This document shows, piece by piece, positions 24,901-34,804 of a DNA stretch of 64,000 nt. The stretch lies in contig CM060733.1 in the NCBI GenBank assembly GCA_030704615.1, forward strand, positions 48,918,001 to 48,982,000, read 5' to 3'. How positions within the stretch are numbered: position 1 is the stretch's first letter; the number at the start of each line of letters is the position of its first letter. Source of the stretch: Takakia lepidozioides. Its lineage: Eukaryota > Plantae > Bryophyta. Made by a program: the position numbers and the translations under genes. The notes beneath the pieces were generated by a model. It did no database searches, was not told the DNA's origin, and saw only the letters and a program-made list of their open reading frames with translations.

Positions 24901-25110
24901 AGATTGAAACACGGCCTGCTAAGACCAAGCTGACTCTCCCAAGAACGGCGAGCTCGCAAGAATGTTGTGAGCTTCTCCTCGTCTCATCTCCTCCTCCTCT
25001 CCTCCTTCCTGCATCATTTGCTCAACGCCTCCATCCCACGCCCCTGCATATCCTTCGATCATCGCGTTCCATCCCTCGCCTACATGGTGTGGCACAGGAG
25101 ACAAAAAAAC
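21910..25110 (-). pseudogene. PLS-class PPR gene remnants with multiple internal duplications
   Basis: Repeated GKEVHGDIIKxG..PNVILNTALVDMYAKCGCIEDAKGVFD.M.ERDVVSWS.M.AGYAQQGRG.EALE..EQM motifs. Duplicated blocks 22590-22975/23520-23905 and 23925-24130/24290-24500. Many frameshifts. Confidence 0.9.
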
Positions 25111-25238
25111 GCTAAGTCCCAACCCTCCTCTGTGTTCACGATTACCCTAATGGGCAACCTTATTAGCAACTTTTTGACTTTTTAACCTTTTGCACTTTGA
25201 TTCATTCTAGGTCAGAGGCTAAAATCCTGCTACCAGGC

Positions 25239-25569
25239 TTATCTAGAAAACCAAAACACCACGTAGACAAACATTTGACAGTGGTAGTAAAATATATTAC
25301 CATTGGGCTGGTTTGAACAATTGTTAGTAAAGTTATAGTAGAAACTTTCACTTTGAGTTATTGAAATTGAAATATATATATTATAAGTTATATTTTCATA
25401 ATTAAAGGTGTCAATGTTTGACTTAGGGGTGGTAGAATAAAGGACTTTGTAGTGAAACTTTTGATAGTTGTAGTGAATTGTTTTATTAGTATCAGCACAT
25501 TTCACTACGTGGTTCTAAAAATAGTGAAAAATGGCAAATAGTGAAATTCATAGTGAAATACCGACGGTG
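25239..25569. mobile_element. AT-rich DNA-transposon-like remnant with TAGTGAA subterminal repeats ending in ...CGACGGTG
   Basis: Sits between two copies of a duplicated block (24990-25205 and 25610-25860). It has repeated TAGTGAA motifs and a CACCG-type terminus on the minus strand. Confidence 0.35.
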
Positions 25570-25949
25570 CTGAAAACCATAGTGTGTTGAAGTGCCTCGC
25601 TGTGCCTATCCTCGCCCCTTCCTGCATCATTTGCTCAAGAATAGGTCTGCAAAGCCTCCATCCCACGCCCCTGCACATCCTGCGATCATTGCGTTCCATG
25701 CTCTAGGCTCGTGGATACTAAGAAAACATATGGTATGGCGGGAGAAAAAAAAAAACCCAAAAAGAGGCCAAGTCCCAGCCCTCTGTTCACAGCTGGCACC
25801 CTAATGGGTAACCCTATAAGCAACTTTTTGAAAATTTTTAATCTTTTGCACTTTGATCATTGATGAATGAACTTACCCAATGGATGAATACATTCGTGTA
25901 TGTGCCTTCAAAATGACATGTGTAGTGATGCAGTCGTATAATTAGAGCT

Positions 25950-26190
25950 GTGAAACCTCTAACTTTTAATGGGTCAAAAAATAAGCTGTCTAATATAAAT
26001 GATGCAGTGTGGCCATTCATCTCGAACATGATAGGATTATCCAGTGTTGTTGAGTACGTGAGTGAGAGCTTTGCAAAAGCATCTCGCGCAGCGATAGATC
26101 GGGATCATCCACTATGGTCTTGGTATGGGCGATATTTGGATCATTTTGTTTTCCATCCGTGGACAAGTCAGCCTAATTACCTTGGTATGT
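25950..26190 (+). pseudogene. Possible C-terminal fragment of an FCP1/NIF-like domain
   Basis: PLTFNGSKNKLSNINDAVWPFISNMIGLSSVVEYV aligns by eye with the NIF tails at 35694-35880 (DSVWPYLERL) and 29406-29580 (LNVPDYV). Confidence 0.35.
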
Positions 26191-26769
26191 ACTTCGCCAT
26201 TCATGTCAAAGTTACATAAATATTGAATGGTAACATGCACTCTTTTTAGGTATGTACTGTTCTTTATTTTAGTTTCTCAATTAGTCGGTTGTTTCTGATT
26301 GGGTTTGTGGGTTTTGATATTTTTTAGTGACTTACAAGTATGAGTCGGTATTTGCAGGATTGGGTGTCTCATTTTTTGCGTAACATGGCAGTTTCTGCAG
26401 GGACCTCCCTCCATGGTTTTACCCATAGTTGTCCAACAACTCAATATTTCATCTAAATTTATATGGTGTAGGGTGTACCAATTGTTAGATTGCAAAAACA
26501 ATCATGTACCAGAGAGCCATGGACTTTTAAAGTTGATTACTGTGGAGTGCATATGTTACACATAAAATCTTATGGACTGAAAAAACATCATATACATTCA
26601 TACAATGCCACAAAGAAAAACACACTAGGGGTGCCATTTTAAAATCCAACCCAAATCCACTTTTATATGGACTAGTTATCTTAGGAATTGAGAGCTATGG
26701 ACTATTTTGTACCTAAAAACATGTTGATTTGCTCTAGTCCAGAGCATCTTATGTTTTGGGTTTTTGAGG

Positions 26770-27520
26770 TGTCGTTTCGCACTAGCATGTGAACTCCCAA
26801 AGAAGACGCAAGTTTCCTTGCCCCTTGGATGGGAGTCACCCGATTTCGACACTACGCAAACACACGATTAATCCAATTTACCTCTCCCACTTTGTAAACT
26901 AACATGCTTTCTACACACTAGCCAATCATACCATGCATCACCATTCCTAACAAAATAAGACGCACAACATTTGGAAACCATTTCATTTATAACAAATTTG
27001 TATAACACAAGTTTTTGCAATCGGATTCCTGAGTTAGCTAAGCCGGACTAAGCATGCATTTCCTCCCCCACGATCCAAGGTTGATGTCCCCATCAACGCT
27101 TCTTCCGCTTTTGAGGTCGTCTTTCGAAAGCTGCAACCGCCTTGGATGCGTTTCTCATTTATGAGGCACGCACCCAAGTTGCCTCCACTTGATGATAGCC
27201 CTTCCATTTCACGAGATACTCCGTTTCTTGATTCTTGAACCTCCTCGACTTAAGCATTGCCTCCACCTCGTACTCAGGTTCATTTTCATGATCCAACAGC
27301 ATAGGTGGCGGACGCAACACTTGATGTCGATTTGGACGCGCTTCATCTTTGAAGTAAGGCTTCTAAAGGGAGACATGGAATACCGGATGCACCTTGCTAT
27401 TTGCCGGCAGCTCCAATTCATACACATCCTCATTCATAACCTTCCGGATGCGAAAGGGCCCCGCATACGGAGGTATGAACTTCGGACTCACTTCCGGAGG
27501 TAGTCGAAAATTACTAGCAA
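26770..27520 (-). mobile_element. 3' end of another chromovirus: integrase GPF motif, chromodomain, PPT and short LTR
   Basis: NFRLPPEVSPKFIPPYAGPF..VHPVFHVSL*KPY..EYEVEAML..EYLVKWKGY..EATW. PPT GTGGGGGAGGAAA at 27059-27071; the LTR begins TGCATG at 27058 and possibly ends CGACA at 26770. Confidence 0.85.
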
Positions 27521-30500
27521 GAACGGTTTGAATATCCTTAATGAGATATCTCATCCCAGGCTTAATATAGCCGGCTGTCGCATTGCAATGCTCATTGGAC
27601 CAAACAAAACAGAAGAGCTTTATCATATCAATGGGCATAAAAGATTGTAGCATCTTAAGAACAATGTCTCTTTCAGAGCAAGACCAAATTGCGACATGAA
27701 AGTTTTTAAAAAGACGCCTCAGGAACTCCACCGCTCCAGGCCGGGGAATGACAAAAGGAGTATCCGGGACCTTAATGGTCACATTTCTCCCTGAAAATCT
27801 GTTTTTGAACATCTCTCTTCCGGTCGGAGGTAGTCGATAGCAAAAGAGACCATTAACACTCAATATTATGAGCTTCATCCGCCTTTTTGGAGGAAAGGCA
27901 TCTTTGTCCGAAGAAGCATAATTATCCTGAAACCAATGTAATTGAGATTAGTGCAGATAGAACACCTATGCAACCTCGACATTTATGTCGAGGTAAATGC
28001 ATCATTGAGATTCACCGAAGATAATTTGAATATCTCCACGACACTACAGAGTCTTTATGAGGATATACCAAATGGATAAATGAATCACAATACTTTAGAC
28101 AAACTATAGAGTCGAGCATTAGAGAAAAATATGCAGCTACTACGCCTTCTGAATCCCTCTTCATTGAGATTCTGTAGAACAAATTCTATACACTTACATA
28201 ACGTTGACATAGACTTAATCCATGACGATGATGGTGTCATCTGGTCATGGGAAGAAAATTCAAACATCCAAAATTCCTTCTGTCCAACAGAAGAGAAATA
28301 ATCTACAATCTTTAATCATTAGCGGATCAAATGAGAGCATCGTCCACATGGTCGATTGAATATACAATGATATGCAGATACATTACAAGAATCAGTCGGT
28401 TACCTTCTGCAACCCTCTCGACTGAAATTTTGTAGAACTAGTGCGGGAGTCGGTTGAGTTTTGAAGGGACAGTAAAACATCTAACGCAATCTTCACGTCT
28501 GAGCAAACGATAAGCCTCTTACGAGTGGATCGCGATTTCTTCGAACACTCCGAAGTTTTTGGGCCAGACGCGCGACATAAATCATCCACTTGCTTTTTCC
28601 TTTCAAAGATTTGGACGTTGAGTGCACAAGGGGATGACATGAGGCCATTTGGAGATACATCCGGACTTGAGATCTTCATATCTTGAATTGAACGTCAAAT
28701 ATTGAGATTATGTTGGATTATAATGCAGGAGAAGACGTCGCTTCACTTCATCCAATCTTACCTGGAGTAAAACAAGATCATCAGAAAAAAGAAAAGACTG
28801 AATGAGGAAGACAAAACAAGAAAAATATAGGCAAAAATTCACCTTGTTCCTCCTCAAGTGTCCATTTGTCCATCCATGATGTTGTGGGATAAATGTTGGG
28901 ATATTCCTCCGAGGCAAATCGTCGACTTGCTGTACATCGTCAATACCTGAATGAGTTGTAATTGGATTGACATTGTGTTCAATGGATTGATGATATCACA
29001 TATCATCAAGCTTTTCAATCTCTTGAAGACAACGTTCCACCACAGCAAGAGAGATGGCTGACTGTCACTCTGTTGAGTGATAACCTTGTTTTCGCTCAAA
29101 TCCTCCAACTAAGATCTAATAGACTCAAGTCTTGTGGAAACTCCATTGTCACATTCAATAACACGATGTTCTTGAACATTTTGTACCGACTTTGAAACCT
29201 GTAATAGACACGACATGATCAAATGAGACTGAACCTCGATACATCCTCGATATTACTGTCGAAATTAGTGGAAAGTACACTTAGTGGACAACACAGGTTC
29301 TATGATGAAGCAACGTCATCAAACGATAAAACACTTAAAAGTTTTTAGCTACTTACAATCTTAGCATTCATACGGAACAACAACGATGTAAGCCTGCAAA
29401 ACATGCTAGATTGAACGTTTACTCAAAATTTGCGCAAAGTGAATATGTACATCAACCCCAATCCAGTTCTTAACAACATAGTCTGGAACATTTAATGGAC
29501 TCTCTAGCATCCCATCAAGAAACTTTTGAAGCACCAACAAGTAGTTGTTGTCGGTCTCAATTGACTCAAATGTCTTCAAAAATAAGCATGACCCTACAGG
29601 ATTGAGTAGACATTTTAGAGGAGTATCATCAATCAGAAGCGTATTTCTGTCATCGAACTTTCCTCTCGTCTTCACCCATAGCCCCGCAAGTGGCGGAGTT
29701 TTTTAATCTATCATTATAGTTTGGATAGACTTTGCTAGGACACGAAAGGCAATCCTCCTGCAACGTAATGAAGTTTGGTTGTGGTAACCATTCCAACATG
29801 ATATCAAGGACGGGCTTGAGGTTCCTTAGCTCCATGCAGCTCCAAATAGCTAGGTGGAATCGCTCATGTAAATGCTTCCACACCTCTCAATATTTCTCCC
29901 GCCTAAAAATTTGCCTTCTAATGACCCCAATAGGAATGCTGAAGTCGTTCTCGGAGTATTTAGGCACAGGATTATTAGATCCTTGAGACCGGATGATTTT
30001 GCAGAGAACACTATTCAGATCAAATATAATCAGACGAGATTTACCACTATCCATAGCTAAAGACGTAGGTGGTGGTTGAATCTGTGGATGAATAGAAGAA
30101 CAGAGTAAGGGATTGATTCAGTAGAAAATAAGGTATCAGTCGAACATATAAAACTTCACCTCGACACTAATGTCGAGGTAATCTACCATTAGCGATAAAA
30201 CCCAGAGTTGCATCCCTTCGGTAAAAAAGAAAGATATCACTGAAAAATGTGTTCATACGAGCGTTCGCAATCCTAGGACTTACTCCCTGTGGATACATGG
30301 CCATACTTACCATGTTAACCACATATTCCATAACATTTGCCATAACATAAGGCATTTGCCAGTGTTTCAAATAAAGTCTTGTCGTTCCAATTGTGCAGAT
30401 ACACCCTTTCAACGAATCCTAGAATTCAATGGGTTAAGTTGTAAAAAAAAACTATAGAGTGCAACTTGATTAGAAAACTCAAAACAAAGTAAGGATTACT

Positions 30501-31848
30501 GATTATAAATATAAGAATAAAGTCATATCTGCTTGTGAGCCTTCTGTGTTCATTGCTGGGGACTCGTCACTTCTTCGATGGAGTCGGTCGGTAACCTCGC
30601 CATTGAGGTTGATGTTCCCACAAAAGTTGTTGTCAGAGCAGTGTTCTTCACAGTCACATCTACTAGTCTGTTCGAAGCGTTGTTCTTCGAAGTGAGAGGT
30701 CTTAACGTTTTGGATTTTGTCATCTACATCTCAACTCATGGGATTTGAATTATGCTCTGGTTATCAACCATTCGAAGACTCAAGTTTCTTGCTATAAAAA
30801 TGATATGCGAATATCTTAAAACAATGAGAAAATCTCAGAACCATTTACACAACCAGCTCTGTATCAGATATCACGTACATTTTTGTGGTCCAGTTTGGTT
30901 TTCATCCTCCGCTTGCTGCTACGCCCCATTATTGGGGATACTATGCCGATTGAAAAATGACCAGCAGCCGGCGTGAATGTGTCAGGCTCGGAATCGTCAG
31001 CAATAGTGATTGATTCTGTCTCTATAGCTTGCTTATTTTTTACTTCCAGATTATTGCTTTCAACACCTACATCTCCACAACCACAGTCTCCACAACCCTA
31101 TCCAAGTCCTCCATATTGGTCTCGTCATTGAGCCACGTGCCCTCATTACCCTCATTATTATCCTCATCAGCCTCGTGAACTGCCTGCTCAACATGGTCAT
31201 CTTTTTTTATTTCCTTCTCCGTCTCGTTGTTGTCAGGACCACCAACTGATCCAACTGCTCTAACTTTTTCAAGCTTTTCAGCCCCCTGCTATTCAACGTC
31301 ATCATTATCCTCCTCCGGATCCTTGCCCTCAGTGGACTCGTCCGAGCTCCCACCACTCTCTTGACCATCAATGTCATCTTCTGCTTCCTCATCAGCATGT
31401 GGTTCTTCCTCAATCTCCTCTTTGTCCACAACATCCACTTTGTCCTCAATGTCCTCATCTTCATCAGAGACCTCCACGACCTTGTTTGTGTTGGAGGCAC
31501 CCTCATGTTTATCAGCATCTCCTTCTTCCTGAAACTTTATTCCTTTCTCCACTTCCAGAACCTTGAATGATGTCTCCATCTTATCATTGCAATGTTGAAC
31601 TTGGCTCTTCAGGTTTACATCCATAACATGAACTCCGTGTGCCTACAAAAGAACTGATCACTGTTATTTCCAAGTCAACAAAATTCAAATGACGAAATCA
31701 ATATAACAGTGGCAATTGACGTTGACATTCATGTCGACGTTTGAGTCGTAACAACGAGGAGGTGATTATCCTTAGCTCACCTGAAGATGGTAGCTGAGCA
31801 TAGGACCACCAAATATATTGAAGGCTGACATCCCTTCCTGACAGAACT
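27520..31848 (-). pseudogene. Large multi-exon gene remnant: methyltransferase-motif-I-like segment, acidic linker, two FCP1/NIF HAD-like domains
   Basis: Exon 31781-31848 spliced (GT-AG, 31780-31643) to 31642 gives FCQEGMSAFNIFGGPMLSYHLQ|AHGVHVMDVN. D/E-rich tract 31150-31540. NIF1 (29406-30060) has LIIFDLNSVL..FHLAIWS..NTLLIDDTPLK. NIF2 (27520-27878) has LIILSVNGLF..RPGAVEFL..FHVAIWS..FVWSNEHC..IKDI. Confidence 0.7.
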
Positions 31849-33190
31849 TGTCGCGCACCTCACTTCGGTAAGCTCCCCTTCAAGTCATAGTTACTCGCTT
31901 TGATGTGCGCGCCTAACTCCCTAACTGGCCGCCGGGCCAACTCAGAGCTTCGGCTGCTCACCGGGACATAACGGTCCCCCTTTGCTCCTCCAAAAGACCC
32001 TCCACCAATTTGGGCCTAGTGGAAATTCCCTTTGGTAGATGGCAGTCCAGAATAGCTCCCCACTCTTTGGTCGCTTTCCGGCTCGCTCGCTCACTCACTA
32101 GTTTTTGGTCACCAACGGGATTGCACCGTTCTCGGGGTTACTACTCCCTATATATACTTCTGTGACTGTCCGCGGGGGTTTCACAAACAACCCTGCCATT
32201 TTATGGCGAACCACCACGAAGACCCTCGACTCCCGGTGATGAGTCACGGTGAGTCTTGGTCCACCCACCACGGCCCCATTGGACCATGATGAGTCCCAAG
32301 ACTCCCCACGACTCCCACCATAAGGTCTCTGCCCCATGGTGAGTCCTATGCCACCCCCAGTAAGTCCCACTAAGCAACCACCACCTCGTGGAACCACCCC
32401 CACCGCAACCCGGTGTGCGGGGCTCCACCTAGTGAGCGCCTCCGCCTCCTTGAGTGCCTTGGGCACTCAAGGGTGCTTCAGCCCCCGTACCTATTGTTGC
32501 CACTGCCCCCACCACAGGGGCAGCCCCTCTTGTGTCCCGACCCCCCTGCCCTCAAGGCAAAGGGCCGCGACACACACCCCTACCAACAAGGAGTCGATGT
32601 TCTTATCGACTTGTCCATTTTGCAGAAACTAACATCCAAGTTGTGGCGTCCCACATCAAGGAGTTTGTTTCCGTACCATGACGTCCCATGGTAGAGAACC
32701 AAACCCCCACTTGACTCTACTCTCCACTAGCTAGTTCGATCGACTTCCTCCAAGTCTCGGCCAAGGGTGGAGCCTCTCGAGCTCCACCCAGTGCACTCTT
32801 CTTGGCCCACTTCAAGGCCAAGGAACGATCCTCCCCGAGGATCGAATCGCCTTACTGCAACAATATTGCTTGTGACCGCTCATAATGCCACTTTTGGCAT
32901 CACCTTGAGCAAGGGTTCACCTTGAACCCTTTTTTACTAGGAAGATAACCTTGAACCAACCGCGCGCCCCAATCACTACAATTGGGTCCGCTTTGGAATG
33001 CTGGCCTGAGGTACGGGAACACGCCAAAGCCGCACTACGACTTCGTCCCGAGGTTACACGATTATAGTACGTGAACGGAAGCACGTAGTTTCCGCGTTAA
33101 TCCGCACTACAAGACAACCCCCTCGGTAGCGCAGTTATAGTACGCGCACGCGCTAGGTGTTTTACTAAAAAGACATACAAACCTATAATC
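31849..33190 (-). repeat. Isolated LTR of the same family as the element at 15964, in inverted orientation
   Basis: 31849-32380 is the reverse complement of 15964-16495 (roughly 95% by eye). No PBS is adjacent. The right boundary is approximate and no TSD was found. Confidence 0.88.
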
Positions 33191-34804
33191 TAGAGGTGTC
33201 AGGTGGTATATGGACAAGTGGTTATAAACTCTAGATTTTGACGGCTAAGTATTTTAAAATATCTAATAAGGAATGTTTTTAATATTTGATTTACTAAAAA
33301 TATTATATATACTACTATCTTTAAAAAAATAAAATAAACTGAAAGCAATAGACTCAATTTTTTTTTTTTTCCATGGACTTCCAATGGACTCAACATGTGC
33401 CGCTTTTGATCCACCCAATCCTGCAACTTCCCGAGTTGAGGACCCTGGTTCTCAAAGAAAAATCAAACATTCGTCAGAATGGTTCAAAATCGAAATGGTT
33501 GAAGATCGGACTGGTTGAAGATCTGAATGGTTCAAGATCTTCAACTTCGTCAACCACACGTTCCAGTATCAATTCTGATGATCTATTCGACCATTCCGAG
33601 AATAGATCATTCTCTTCTGGTACAGAAAGTCAAGCTGGAATCGGATGGGGCATGGGGAGGTGTCTTTGAACTCAGCCTGTTTCCATCCCCATACTGCCCG
33701 CTATGTTCAACCACCCACGTTATCTCGTACGCATGCCACAACGGGCCATGTTCTCACGTTGAGCGATACCACGTGTTGAAATCTAGCAACTTTTAGAGAG
33801 TCATAAATCTGACTGTGGATGCGTTCGTGCCTGAACACGTGGCGCTCTTTGTATGGTATCAGGTAGGAGTGGGAAATTATCCTGGTCAGAAGCATAACCA
33901 TCTTGGTCATGAGAATGACCATTTTATAACTTTAGGTGGTCGTGTATCTAACTCAAGTCTCATTGAATGGCTACGTGGCGCATAATGTATGGTATGAATT
34001 TGAAATGTGAAAGGTATTTGAGTCATGAGTATGACCTCATTGGTTTGAGTTCATGAGTATGCCTGGACACGTGTCACGCTTTGCATGGCTGTTGGTGCCT
34101 AGTTGAGTCATGGGCATGACCCATCTCTACTCCACATGTAGTATTCTAACTAGTTGGATTTTTAATATTTACCTTAATAGTACATTTTTTTCTGTTTATT
34201 TTTATTTTGTATTTTATTTATTTTCAAATTAGAGTGGATAGTGGTTTAATTTGTATTATATGTTTACTGAATTAGTATATTTATATGTATTCAAATATAA
34301 TACCATTTATATGTAATTTATAATATGAGAATATATCATTTTGCACAAATACACGGTGTCATGAGCCAATTGGGTAAAAAAAAGATTCGACAATTGATGG
34401 AAAATATGATAGGAAGACAATGGTTTGTTTCAAGTCTGTACAGTGCTTCCAGATCAACACAAAAGTGGAGAGTTCAAAGAATCTAATCTCTCAACGGTAG
34501 CCCAAGTACCCAAGTACCCACTGCACATATATGAATCCAAAAATGTGACAAACCGAGCACCTTCCTCCTCGTTGATTGTCCATAGCATGCCTCCTTCTAC
34601 CCCATCACCTTCTGCCTCTTTCCTTACAAGAGATCATGATCGCATGTCCTGCACGTCACTGCACACATGTATAAACAGATCAACAACACTAGCTGAGAAG
34701 AGGTTGTTGCTTTCAATCCACTGGTTCGTGTAAGTACTACATGAGATCTATTTAGCTAATCACTCAAGGGTAACCGCATGTCAAAGTAAGAGCATTATCT
34801 AAAA

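Noticed and set aside
26770-27520. Displaced 3' end of the gypsy element broken at 20576
   Set aside because: Its LTR does not match the 15964/31849 LTR family, and the junction residues differ (WLN vs LASNF).
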